Positions 13,596 to 27,229 of a DNA stretch of 64,000 bases are shown one piece after another. How positions within the stretch are numbered: the first letter of the stretch is position 1; the number at the start of each line of letters is the position of its first letter. Under the pieces are notes generated by a model. The model saw only the letters and a list, made by a program, of their open reading frames with translations. It was not told the origin of the DNA and searched no databases. Location of the stretch: contig OX597821.1 of assembly GCA_951406725.2 (NCBI GenBank), positions 98,208,001 through 98,272,000 of the forward strand, written 5' to 3'. The position numbers and the translations under genes were made by a program. Origin of the DNA: Octopus vulgaris (taxonomy: Eukaryota).

Positions 13596-14052
13596 TTAAT
13601 AATGGTTTCAAATTTTGGTACAAGGCCAGCAATTTTAGGAGTTGGGGCAAGTCAAACACAGCGACTCCAGTACTCAACTGGTATTATTTTATCAATCCCG
13701 AAAGGATGAAAGGCGAAGTCGACCTTGGCAGAATTTGAACTCAGAATGCAAAGAGGGACAAAATGCCGCTAAGCATTTCGCCTGGCATGCTGGTAGAATA
13801 GTTAGATTCTACCAGCTTGGTGCTTAATATTAACAATGGAGTCAAATTTTGGCACAAGGCCAGCAATTTCGGAGGAGAGGTTAAGTCGATGATATCGACC
13901 TCAGTGTTCAACTGGTATTCATTTTAATGACCTGAGAGGATGAAAGGCAAAGCTGATCCCAGTAGAATTTGAACTCAGAACATAAGGAGCTAAAAGAAAT
14001 GCCACTAAGCATTTTATCTGACTCATTAATGATTCTACCAGCTTACCACCTT
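13596..14052 (-). mobile_element. Two head-to-tail copies of a tRNA-headed SINE (family B, Meta-domain-like)
   Basis: Each copy has GAGTTCAAATTC (B box) and CCTTTCATCCTTTCGGG...GATAAAAT.AGTACCAG on the minus strand. Adjacent to (AAT)n. Confidence 0.8.
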
Positions 14053-16406
14053 AATAATAATTCCACACTATCTTTCTTCAGATTTCATACCACCCCTTCC
14101 ATTTACACTGTAGGCATTATATATGCTATATATCAGTGAAATTATGATTACTAGGAGTAGTAATATTATTGTTATTGGCATATACCTTTCCTAATTCTCC
14201 TCCAAGGGTAACGCTAACAACATTTATGGTGAAAAAGCTTCAAACAGTGTGTGTATGTGTATTTATGTATGTGTTCAAGAATTTTCTGTCTGGACCAATA
14301 AGACATTGCAAGTGAGAGGTGTCAACCTCCTCAACTAAATGGATCAATACAATAAATTATTTATACAGCATCTCTCTCTCTCTCTCTCAATCACACACAC
14401 ACACGTGTGTGTGTATGTATATTGTACTGACTCTGCAACTGCGTCCTATTTTCAGCTTATCAAAGTTTTTTTATATTTTATTTTTCTATATTTTTATAAG
14501 ATAAAAAAGATAAAACTGGAACACAAGGGTGTATTCAATACATGTCTAAAAGAAACATTGTTCCCCACATATATATATATTTACACACACGTTTTACATA
14601 CATGGATCATTCTGTCAAACTATACACACACACACACAATTTGCTATATATAAAAAAGTGTGTGAGGGACAGGGAGCTTGGCTAGTAGGATTCTTGTGAT
14701 AACTGTCCAAATTTAGCACCACTTTAACTATGTATAGCTGTGTCTCATACAAATTTTAGTGGCCATTAGACATGCAACAAAAAAACTACCAAAACATATT
14801 TTTAGCTTTAAAAGAACTAAAAGAATTTCATGATCACTCTATACAGTTATGTAGTTGTGTGAGTGGGAGAAATTTACACATCAGAACAACTTTGCTTTTT
14901 GGTGGGGAAGTGGGAGCACATAAACTATGCAATGTTATTAACCTTCTTTTGATATGAACCAGTTAAAGATCAACTTTTGGTCCCATGCTACCAGCTTAGC
15001 CCTCATTCACTGTAGTGTTTGTGTTAAAATTTGAAAAAAAAATGTGTAAGCTATTTTAAAGCACAAACACATGGGTGGGGTCAGGTCCAGTATGTTCCAG
15101 TAGCCAGTTTAATGAAATCGATAAATGACAAGTTAAAGAGGGAATTTCATGACTGCCCAATTTGCTAAATAAAGCACCAAATTCTCCCTCAGATCACACA
15201 CCTCTATCTTAAAAAGATAAAAAAAAAAAACATACAGAGAAACTATTTTGGGATACTCCCCAAAGACTGTCTTGTCATGGCTAGAAAGCCTTTAGTGATA
15301 AATGTGCAAGATTAACCTGGGTTAAATGATACCAATAGAATAATGAAACTTTTATTCTTGATATAATATCTGTCTGAAATGCATTGATGTCAGTGAGGTT
15401 ATTTTTCAGACAGTTGACCTTATATTTGGTGATGGAGTAAATTGACAAAAATATATTATTTTGTTTTAAATGTCTGTTTCATCAAATGCTGCCTCCTTCC
15501 AGAATTCCTGAAAATTGAATTTTACAAGTACTGTATCCTTGTTAGACAAAGCTTAAGAAAGAGATAAAATTGGGTGGGGTGGGGGTGGAGAGAGGAACTA
15601 CCACCACATTAACAAACCTCAAATACTATGCATATATATGATTAAACATACATCTAGAAAAAAAATGGTTATTAGCCATATATATAACTGCATGGTGTTT
15701 GTTGGGTTACTTCCTATAGCAGTGCATAAATTATTTTGACTGCCATGCCTTCAAGAGATTTGAGCTACAGAAGTAAACATGCAGAACTAAATACTGTAAA
15801 ACATTTAGTTTGGTGCTCCTTACCACAAATAAAATGCAGTATTTTCAACAAGGCAGGGCAAAATTTTGTAAAGATTGTTAAGGAAGTAGATAATTGGCTG
15901 AAGGACTGAGTCTTAGCATTGGATTGTGCTCTGAACACCATTTTAAGACAGCCTAGGCCACTTAACTTTATGTTAGAACCACAAGGTAATTACAATTCAC
16001 TGCAATGTACAGGTTTATATATTTATCTTAGCCCCATGAATCTGGGGACAGTATATGTCAGTCAGTGAAACCCTGAGATTCCATGAAAGACTTACAATTA
16101 ACCAACCTAACACTTCAATTTTATTGAAAGCTCTTAAATTTACACTAAACAGAATATGGTGCCCCCACCATCGTTTTATTTAATTTTTCATATATAACTA
16201 AGTTGCAGGTTATATAACTAATAAATAACTAGGTTGTATCAAAAACTTGACACATGACTGGGTTTGTTATTTGTGTTAAGTCAATGATTAACTCAGAGTT
16301 TCAGGTGTGTGGATTCATTCAAGCTCTTTGTTGAAACTGACAGTGAACTGCTTTCAAACAATCATGAAATGTGAAATCATTTTTAGACACAGACACATAC
16401 ATTTTA

Positions 16407-16442
<36 letters not shown>

Positions 16443-16444
<2 letters not shown>

Positions 16445-16751
16445 AAGTTATATAATTAGGGTTCAGTAAAATAATTTACTTTACCACACACCGAACTTAG
16501 CTATTTCCTCTATTAAGTAGAGGAAATAGCTAAGATTTTTTGGCTGCTATTTCTAAAAGTTCAGTGTGTGGTAAGTAGAGGAAATAGCTAAGATTTTTTG
16601 GCTGCTATTTCTAAAAGTTCGGTGTGTGGTAAAGTAAATTATTTTACTGAACCCTAATTATATATGGTAATGTTTTAAATATACCGTAAATGGTCTTTTT
16701 ACATACTGAACACTACTTGGTAAAATTAATTAATTTTACCCTTTTATTATT

Positions 16752-16754
<3 letters not shown>
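16443..16754. mobile_element. Fold-back insert within (TA)n; probable Penelope-like terminal fragment
   Basis: Perfect 50-bp inverted repeat (16449-16498 / 16615-16664), 58-bp tandem duplication, and (TA)n on both sides. The family assignment is inferred. Confidence 0.5.
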
Positions 16755-16796
<42 letters not shown>

Positions 16797-17555
16797 CACG
16801 CACATTATACCAAATGTTGAGAAAAGCTTTTTTTCCTTTTTTGAATTCAGAGCAAAAACCTAGTGTCTTTTTATATCATAATTTTAACACCCATAATTTA
16901 TTTATGTTGACAGTTGTCCATAAGAAAATGTACACTCAATATAAACTATAAAGGGGGTATATTTTTACATTGTGAAACTATAACTGTTCAGAATGTTACT
17001 ATCAATTTGCAGTAAATGTTGCCACTGGACTATATTGACAACTCTTGCTCAACTATATAAAGATAAACATTATATATACATACATGTGGGTATGTGAGAA
17101 GAGTAAGTACTAGGAATAGATGTCAAGATAAGGCTATCAGCAAAGCAAGTCCAGAAACCTTAAATTTAAAGCTCATTCAGTTCTTCCAAAACAAATTGTC
17201 ACAACTTCTTTCAGTCCATTCCTTTGTAATTGCAGGTCAGGTCAATACAGCTGTCTTCCTGTCGATGAACACTCATCATACCAAAGCCCTCAAGACATTT
17301 AAACAATTGTCTAACTAATAATAGCCTTGGTGTAGGAGGGTAAATAGTTTATATCCTAAATATTTGAGTAACAGTTCATTTCCATGTTTATTACTGTTAT
17401 TACTGTTTATTCCAATGCAGGCAAAACAGCAAACAAACCCCATCTATTATGTCAGTGGGATTGTTCACACTTTTCCATCACAAATTGATACTCAAACCTA
17501 ATAGGATTCTGAAAAATTTTGATTTCTTCATTATAATTACTATTAGTAATAGTAT

Positions 17556-17990
17556 AGGCGCAGGAGTGGCTGTGTGGTAAGTAGCTTGTTTACCAACCAC
17601 ATGGTTCCGGGTTCAGTCCCACTGTGTGGCACCTTGGGCAAGTGTCTTCTACTATAGCCTCGGGCCGACCAAAGCCTTGTGAGTGGATTTGGTAGACGGA
17701 AACTGAAAAGAAGCCCGTCGTATATATACGTATATATATATATATCTATGCATGTGTGTGTTTGTGTGTCTGTGTTTGTCCCCCCCCCCCCTCGCATTGC
17801 TTGACAACCGATGCTGGTGTGTTTATGTCCCCATTACTTAGCGGTTCGGCAAAAGAGACCGATAGAATAAGTACTGGGCTTACAAAAGAATAAGTCCCGG
17901 GGTTGAGTTGCTCTATTAAAGGCGGTGCTCCAGCATGGCCATAGTCAAATGACTGAAACAAGTAAAAGAGTAAAAGAGAAAGAGAGAGTA
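17556..17990 (+). mobile_element. Family A composite SINE
   Basis: AGGCGCAGGAGTGGCTGTGTGG head, GCACCTTGGGCAAGTG core, internal microsatellite, GTAAAAGA-repeat tail. Confidence 0.92.
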
Positions 17991-20498
17991 ACTGAAGCTG
18001 TAAAGAGCTGGCAGAGATTGTTAGGGAGTTGGAAAAATGCTACATGATATTTGTTCTGGCTTGTTCTGAGTTCAAAGCCTGTCAAGACCAACTTCAACTT
18101 CATTCTTCAGGGTCAATAAAATATCAGTTTAGTACTGGGGGTTGTTGGTTTCAGCTAGATCCTTCCCCTAAAAACTGGTCTTGCACCTAAATCAGAAAAT
18201 TATTACTATTAGTAGGGTAGAATTGTTAGAGGATGAGGAAAAAGGTATTGTGATAATTGCTCTGGCTCATTACTTTCTGAGTTCAAATCTCATCAAAGTA
18301 GGTTTGAAACACCTGACTGTTCCCTTCATCCAAATGTTCAGGCTTATTATTATTAAAACTGTTAGTGAGCTGTTCAAAATGCTGAGTGACATTTTGCCTG
18401 TCTTCATCATCTGAGTTCAAATTCCATTGAAGCTGACTTTGCCTTTCATCTCTTCAGAGTCAAGGAAATCAAGTACTGGTTCAGCACTGGGATTGATGTA
18501 CACACCTTGCCCCACTTCCTTCCAAAATTTCCAAAAGTGCTTTATCAGGTGTAAATAATTAACATTATTAACACTAGCTTTACACATACACCTGTATATG
18601 TGTATGCGTGTGTGATTTATTTCTTACTATTACCAAGTTTGTATCTTGATTGTAATGCTGTTGTTTTGCCCCAAGGGAGGGGTAAACACCCCCCCCCAGC
18701 ACCCCATAAAAGGTAAGACTGAATGAGATATATAGTCAATTAACAACAATATAATTTTATATGTATGTTAGCTAAATATATTAGTTCAACAATCACTAAT
18801 TTCAACAGTAAACTACCTGTACTGTACTGGTGGGCTGACTGTCTGGCTGGCTGGTTTGTGGTTAAGTGGTGCAGCACAGCAAGTGTTGTTAAGTTGGCTG
18901 TTGCACACATTCATCATTATGCACAGCAATCCTAATTTTGATCATTTTTAAAACACTTCCATACTTCTCTCCCCCACCCTTCACCTTCTTTTCCGGTTTG
19001 GAATTACAAGTAAAAAAAAAAAAAAAACAATATTTCAGAAACAAAATATCCTGTTGCTCTGCTGCAGGAGTTGGTGGTGATGCTGGTTAGGTATAGTTCA
19101 ATCAATAAGGAATATTTTACAAATCAAATTTAAATTATGATCTCAAATTGAGACATCCAGTTTACTATTATTTCATTAAAACTATTATAGCATATTATCA
19201 TTTAAAATAATTTTTAAAAAAAGTTACTACTAAAATACATTAGTAATAGTAATAATTGTTATTGTTATTATTACTATAATCTATTCCATAACTGTTATAG
19301 AAATTATTGATTTATGACTTAGGTACTACACCAGCTCAAATTGAACAGAGAGGGAGTGGGGGAATTATAATTTAAGCTTGCTAACTTATTTGAATTGTAA
19401 TAGAAATGTTCAGTAGAGAAGAGACAGACAAATTTGACACAAATTTAGAGCTTATTAATGCTAAAGTATTAAATATTTTTTCCATTCTTTCAGCATTGTA
19501 ATCATCATCATCCTTTTTTAATGTTATTTTAACTAATAATTATTTCATATTTTGAAACAAAAAAAAAAAAAAAACTTTAGCTCTTCCTCTCATCATTACA
19601 TTTTCTTTTGAAACTTGCATGATGCTAACATTTAAAAGATAAAGGATTTGTAAAAAAAAACAAACGAACAAAAAGTCCTCTGCTGTTGTATGTCTCCCAA
19701 CTCCTTTAAAAATTGAATTTTGATCCCTTAATTCAAATTTCAGATCCATTTTCCCACACCATAACATTTCAGTTTATGAAAACATTGCAGATTTAATAAT
19801 CTGAAATTCCAAACTAGCAAAAACAAAAAAAAAAAAATTTTTTTTTTTAAAACCCCAAAAAGACATATCAGTGAGGAGTAGGGGTGGGGACCCTGAAAAG
19901 GAGGCAAAAATCCCAATCTCCGATTCCTAGCAGTCAGTAAAAGGTTCAGGTTTCATACATGACAAGTATGTTGACTTCTGATTTCACACTTAAAAATATC
20001 AGACTGCAATTTATGGCAATTCATATTACAAGAAATTAGAGGAGCCAGTGAGAAACAGTTGGAATAATGGTATCTTTCAAGTGACATCAATTACAAACAT
20101 GCATGTCTGTGTGTGTGTGTGTGTGTGTATGTATATATATATATTAGGTTGTTGATATCCTTTTGATATATATGTACGTGTGTGTATGTGTATGTTTGTG
20201 TTACATGTATGTGAGTGTATGTATATATATATATATATATATCTCAGAAACACACACACACATACATTTCGACACATGAATTTTGCAGTTTGTTTTTGCT
20301 TGTCTTTAGTAAAAAAAATGTCAACAGAAAATTAAAATAATTAATCAAGGAAGGAAAAGAATCAAAATTCTAAATTTTTGAAAACAGAATTGTATGAATG
20401 CTGCAATAAATAAACAAATAGCAAATGCTATTTTTTTCAAACATGAAGAATCAAAAACCAAAACAAAACTAGATGAAATACATACAAACACAAGTGTA

Positions 20499-21713
20499 TT
20501 GGGTCATCCCTTAAACAATGCGTTTTTTTTCAATTGCATGATCTAAAAGTCAGAGGGGGATGAGATAAACTACCTGCATCAGCTTGCTATAAAAGCAGGT
20601 AGTAATTTTACCATGAACTTATTCTTAGTGCAAGTTTTGAAGAGTGCAGTTCGATTTTAACAGTTATTTTTTTCAAAGCTATAATGGATGTGACAAAGGA
20701 ATATATTCGGCATATTTTGCTTTATGAGTTCGATTAAGGCATCAACACAACAGAAAGTGCAAGGAATATTAATGCAGTATATGGGGATCGGACAATAAGC
20801 GTAAGCCAGTGTCAACGGTGATTCCAGAAATTCCGAGCTGGAAACTACAGCCTAGAAGACAAGTTTCATCTTGCAAACCCTGGTGGAAGTCCCATTGTAA
20901 CTGTTGAGGAGCTAGCAGAGAAGCTTGGATTTGATCCTTCAACCATTCGTCAACACCTGCATGCCATTGGAAAAGTAGGCAATTTATGTCAATGGCTTCT
21001 TCACAAACTGTCCAAGTCTAAATGCACACAGATAGTGAATGTGTGCCCTTCTTTGCTGTCATGTCTTACAAATGAACCTTTTTTGGACTGAATAGTGATG
21101 AGAAATGGGTTCTCTATAAAAATGTCAAGCACCGAAGACAGTGGGTAAGGAAAGGCGAAATACTGGCACTCCAGGCTAAAGGAGTTCTTCACCCATGTAA
21201 GGTGTTATCTGTTTGGTGGGATATGAAAGGTTTAGTCCGCTTTGAACTTTTAAGCCCAAATCAAACAATACCAAAGGAGATCTACTGCAAGCAACTTGAG
21301 CGGCTTAAGTTAGTGTCAGAAGAAAAACGACCATCTTTGGTTTCAAGATAATGCTCAGCCACATATGAGGATGACATTCCAAAGCCTGGAGCAGTCTGAA
21401 TGGTAAACAATGCCCACCCACCATATTCGCTGGACATTGCCCCACCTGATTATCATTTATTCTGCAGTCTTCAAAATAATTTGGAAGAAAAACAATTGAA
21501 ATCTGTAGATGAAGTCAGAACAGTACTGTAGGAGTATTTTTTGCTATGGACAAGTGAATTTTGGAAGAGGGGCCTTGCAAGTCTACCAGATAGATGGAAG
21601 AGTATTGTAGAAAATGAAGGAGAGTATATTTTAGATTAAAAAAGTACTTCATCTTAATTTTGAAAAATAAAAGAAGTACAAAAAAACCCCACATTATTTG
21701 TGGGATGACCCAA
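20499..21713 (+). mobile_element. Near full-length mariner with pseudogenised transposase (about 20684-21639)
   Basis: TA-flanked TIRs TTGGGTCATCCC / GGGATGACCCAA. Motifs MDVTKEYIRHILLYEF, WLLHKL (WVPHEL-like), DEKW, DNAQPH and PPYSLDIAPPDYHLF. Stops and frameshifts present. Confidence 0.93.
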
Positions 21714-21945
21714 TATATACATACACACACAAACACATACATATATTTCACATATCATCTCAAGATTGCATGGCTCAAGAGGGGGGAAAGGCATGGAGAG
21801 AAATCATGTACAAGTTTAATATGTTCAGTAATCTAAATTTATACCCACCACCTTTTTTTACTTGGCTCTAGACTTCAACTTTTAGAAGCCATGGAATAAC
21901 ATTTTCAAATATCCACCAACAACAGTTTATGAGAAAACTCATATT

Positions 21946-21977
<32 letters not shown>

Positions 21978-24900
21978 TATGTGAGTTTATATATGCATGC
22001 ACATATGTGTGTGTGTGTGTTTTTATTTATTTATATATATATTTATTCTTTCTTCTTACCGTTTTCGAATTCAGCAAAAGTGTTTACCTGATTGCTGCAG
22101 GTTTTGCAGCATGGTGATTAACTTTCAAGGATTTATAAAATAATCCCATAACCACGACATACTAAGATCAATTTGCTCATTTGGGAGATTTCCCAGTTTT
22201 TTTTACGTTACTGCGTTTTTATTGTTTTACTGTATCATACACAAAGTTTTAGCTACCTATTTATACAAACATGCTATTCATTAGCTAAAGCCCCTGCTTA
22301 TAATTTATCAACACAACCAGAAAAGAAATGCTGAATAAACAGAATGATTGCATCAGTTCTTCCAACACGTTCCACTAATTTTTCCAGAGACATCCCTTCA
22401 ATCCCATCCACTGTTACTATACTTCAAGTACTGGAGTCAATTTAACCAAATGTTCCCTTGAAGTTTTGGCCTGGTGCCAATATTATAAAACAATACCATC
22501 AAGTCCCTTTTTATCTATCGGTACATGACCCTATTTTGGTGAGAAAATGGAATGTTGTGGAATTCACACTTTCTCAAGAGTATAGCAGTGTAAATGAAGG
22601 GACTTTGCTTCAAGTGAGGATTGAAACCCACCTTGTGTTCTCTGCTTGCCCAGAGCCAAAACCATGCCACTTGCTTCTTCTATGACAGTCACCTTGCTAC
22701 AGCATTGATATTTATTACTGAAGTACCAGTTAAATACTGGGGTTAATTTAATCAACAGTTCATTCCTCCAAAATGATTGGCCCAATGTCTATGTCAGAAA
22801 ACATTATTACTATAGTAGTAGTTGTAAAAATTTCAGATATGTATAAATAAAATATCATATATACAAAATAGATAACCAAAATTCTTGTAACATGGAAGTA
22901 ACACAGAGGAACACAGAGGTAATAAGAACCCCCTGCCAAAAAAAAAAAAAAGATAAGGAAAACTAAGATTAACAACAAAACTAAAAGAACTTTCTAGAAT
23001 ACTAACAATAACTATTGTATATATAAAATCTGAATAGCTGATATTTAATTTAAAAATAATAACAATAGTCATTATCTCAATGTTGACAACATCAAATATT
23101 TAGGCTGAAAACAGATACTGAATAATATTTTAAAACTTATTTCTATTTTAACAAGATTAGAAATTATATTTTAAATACATTTCTACTAAGTAATGCATTA
23201 TAAATATATGTGTAGGTAGGTGTGTATAAATGTGTAAGTATTATATACATGTGTGTGTGTGTGTACATGAATATGTATTACATGTACGTTTATATGTGTA
23301 TGTATGTGTGTGTGTGTATCTAAAATTCAGATTTAGAATAGACCTAAACTAACAACCAGCCTATTTCTAATTTTATAAAACTAGAAACCCTTTAGCATTG
23401 AAACAGGCCCAAACTAGCCAAGCTACATTCAAAAGACAGTTTCTTTCCAACCAGTCATTTCTGGTTTCATTGACATGTAATTGGCATTTTGGTAGCAGGC
23501 TAATTCTTGCCCAAAAATCACAGAGGATGCCAAAACTTTTCATAGTGTCCATATTTTAACAGCTTTTAAGGGATTACACCAACATACCTCTATATTTGCT
23601 AAGTATTATGAATGCTGTATAGGGGAAAACATTTATATTTCAATAATTTTCAACTCTGAAATGAAAAAAAAAATATCTTTGTTATTTTTTAAATTTTATC
23701 AAAAACAAGATGTTTTCTCTCCCTCCCCACCACAATCAGTTGTTCTCAAAGACTTGGACAGACTGACAGTCTAAAGAACTATATGTAGAAGTGATAAGAA
23801 AGAATTATTCTATATGTTATATAGAATTAGCTTTTGTATCCATATTATGTATATATATGTATATATATATATATATAACAGAATACAAAACTTAATGTAA
23901 GTTGAGATAAAATTTGATTGTAATTTGTTCTGATATATTGATAAAAAAATTTTTTCTCTACAATTATATATATATATATGTATATATATATAAATATATA
24001 AATGTGTGTATAAGTGTGTGTAACTTTCTTTGAAGAATTTTTAACAATGATCCAAGAATTTCAACAATAGTTAAACATTATTTAAAATTTAAAAAAAAAA
24101 CACCAACCGTTTTGATTACACATAAAAATAATAAGTTGTCTCTAGCAGCAGAAGAGAGGGGAAAGGGGACGACATTGTTGGTGTTTTTGCTTTTTCTTTT
24201 ATTTTTTTTCCTCTTTTTAAAATGAAAACTCCTGAGCAAAGAATGATGTCTGCAAGAGCAGCGTGAAATAAGAATTTCTCAATTAGGCAGTTGGAGTTTA
24301 ATTATCCCTTTAGCATTCAGATCAGTCAATTCCAGCTACCTGATAAAACTACCTGGTTTAACCGGCTACATCCCACACACACATACATGTATATATGACT
24401 ATATATGCATGCTTGTACATTATGTATTTTCCATTAATACATAGGAGAAGCAACAAAGTGACTCAAGGGCCAAGTGTTTCATGTACTGGCACTCTCGACC
24501 CTTGAGTCTCTCTGTCGCTAAGTATTAATAAAAATATACATACTCATATTTGAATTCTATTTTTCCTATTTGCATCACCATACACACACATACATACATA
24601 CATACACAGCAATGAAATATCTTGCTAAGATTAGCTAAGATTATACTGCTCAGTTCATATGCATTATTGATACATTATCTTTGGTAATTAGAAAACCTTT
24701 CACCAAATCTAACCGGAAGTCATACTGTTTTTCTTTTGTCATTTCATAACTTTGTCTTTTCTATTTCAACAACGCTATCACCAATTATTATTATGAATGC
24801 TAACGAGTAAACCATTTAAATTTCTTTCTCTTAAACATTTATTGAACGAAGCTCCTGATTTCGGCCTGTCTTCCAGATTAAGCTTTCAGTAATCAAACTG

Positions 24901-25444
24901 GCTAAACTCAGCTGCTTTGATAGATGTTGCCACTTTGTTCTTACCAAACCAGTCGGAAGACTAATTTGGGTTGTAGGAAAACCTTGTCCCCATCACCATG
25001 CTGCCACTTACCTTACCAAACCTACACAAACTATCTCAGTTCTTTCATGTGTTTCATCAAATTTTCTTTCTTTCTTTCTTTCTTTCTTTCTATATATGAA
25101 TTGTTACAAATGCTTTGACATTATTTCTGAATGCTATAGGGTGGCATGGCTCACAGCGACACAAATACAATGCCTGAAGCAGCATGTGACTGTGAACAAA
25201 CTCACGAATCACAAGCACCCCCTTCCCCCTCCCCAATTTGGTACCTTTGCTCAGTTAATGTCTCTTAGCCATATAAGAGGGGGGGAGGAATAAAAGATGA
25301 GCAAGGGGGAAAGAGGTGGAAAATAAAATAATGTTTAAAGAGGAGAAGAAAGAAGAGGAAGAAGAAGCAACAGTTTTTTGTTTTTGTTTTTTTTTTTAAA
25401 GATGAAATTTATGTAAGAAACACAAAAAGTGATCAGCAGAGAAG

Positions 25445-25669
25445 TCAGGTAGTTTTAATGCCGTCCATTTGCAGCACAAGTTTGTATTTTAAGCGAGTCA
25501 CATCAACTGTATCGAGCAAGTTTTTAGAGTCCATAGCTAGAGTGTGGGCAGCTTTAAGCATACGTTTCAGATATTCAGCTTCCATGGCAAGGTTGTACTG
25601 CTGAGCAACTTTCATGGCTTCAACTAGTGATGCCATGTCACTACTTAGCACTTTTTGGGATGATGATAC
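25445..25669 (-). CDS. PTK2: FAK terminal coding exon, FAT helices 3-4: VSSSQKVLSSDMASLVEAMKVAQQY...AAHTLAMDSKNLLDTVD...KTT*
   Basis: Acceptor attttcAG at 25671-25670; TGA stop at 25447-25445. Matches human QKLLNSDLGELINKMKLAQQY...AAHALAVDAKNLLDVID. Confidence 0.97.
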   Translation of the reverse strand, partial: VSSSQKVLSSDMASLVEAMKVAQQYNLAMEAEYLKRMLKAAHTLAMDSKNLLDTVDVTRLKYKLVLQMDGIKTT

Positions 25670-25686
25670 CTGAAAATAAAAACAAC

Positions 25687-25727
<41 letters not shown>

Positions 25728-25733
25728 TAATAA

Positions 25734-27022
25734 TGGTTTCAAATTTTGGCACAAGGCCAGCAATTTCGGGGAGTGGGTAAATCAATTGCATTGACTCCAG
25801 CACTCAACTGGTACTTATTTTATCAACCCTAAAAGGATAAAAGGCAAAGTTGACCATGGCAGAATTTGAACTCAGAAAGCAAAGACGGCCGAAATGCTGC
25901 TAAGCATTTTGCCTGGCATACTAACAATTCTGCCAGCTCACTGCCTTACCAACAATAATAATAATTTAAACAGATGGATAGCAGAAATAGGCATTAAAAA
26001 ACCTAGTTTAGTATAGCTCCAGGAAAAACTTATTAGGGGCAGCTAGGATAGTTAGGAAGGGTCTTGGCATCTAATGTTACTTGTCGTAGTCCGATGTTAG
26101 GAATTTTTCTTTTCAAACAGCTTAATTTGTTGTGCATATATGAAATAATATTGATTTTGAATTCTGGCACAAGGCCAGCAGTTTCAGGGCAGGGGTTAAG
26201 TCGATTACACTGACTCCAGTTTTCAACTGGTACTTATTTTATTGACCCTGAAAGGATGAAAATCAATGTTGACCCTGGCAACATTTGAACTCAGAATTCA
26301 GAAGACAGATGAAATGTCACTAAGCATTTTGCCCGGTGTGCTAATGATTCTGCCAGTTTCCTGCCTTAATAATAATAATAATAATAATCCTCAAACTAGT
26401 TGATTACATCTACCCCAGTGTTTCACTGGTACTTAGTTTATCGACTCCAAAAGGATGAAAGGCAAAGTCGACCTCGGCAGAATTTGAACTGAGAACATAG
26501 CAACATGGCGAAATATCACTAAGCATTTTGTTGAGTGCGCTAATGATTCTGTCAGCTCACTGTCTTAATAATAATAATAATTATTTTAAATTCTGACACA
26601 AGGCCAACAATTATAGATGGAAGGGGCAACTGAGTAACATTAAGCCCAGTACTTAGCTGGTACTTTACCAACACTGGGGGGTGGGGTGGGGGATGAAAGA
26701 GTTGACCTCAGTGGGATTTGAACTCGGAATGTAATAAATCCCACAATACAGTAAATACCAATAAATACCATAAAGCAATTTTTTCCAATGCTTTAGTGAT
26801 TTTGCCAGCTTGCCACAAGAATGGTTTAACAATATTGAGGGTAGGATGTTAGCTAATACTATCAATCCTAGTACTCAAATGGTATTTTATTTTATTGATT
26901 CCCTGGAAGAGCCAAAGATAAAGATGGCATTGGTGAGATATGAACTGAGAACATAGGAGCCAGAATAAATATCTCAAGGCATTTTGTCTGATGCTTTAAC
27001 AATTCTGAGAGATTGTCACCTT
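25734..27022 (-). mobile_element. Cluster of about five head-to-tail family B SINEs separated by (AAT)n
   Basis: Repeated blocks near 25734-25948, 26155-26368, 26398-26567, 26585-26815 and 26845-27022, each containing GAATTTGAACTCAGAA-like and AAGGATGAAAGG-like motifs. Confidence 0.85.
25965..26150 (+). mobile_element. R4/Dong-like non-LTR retrotransposon 3' end
   Basis: LLGAARIVRKGLGI* resembles the LLGTARILRKVL C-terminus of R4/Dong elements. It sits in (AAT)n. Confidence 0.6.
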
Positions 27023-27229
27023 AGTAGTTATTTCTAATTTATGCATAAGGTCAGAAGAAGTTGGGGTTAGTCAATACCAACGAACCCTAGAATTTGACTA
27101 CTACTTTTGCATAGGTTAGACAGTTTGACTGGAACTGGCAAGCTGCATCTGGCTTAGTTTCTATGGCTGGATGCCCTTCCTAATGCAAACTGCTCCATAC
27201 AATGTACTGAGTATCTTTTACATACCACC

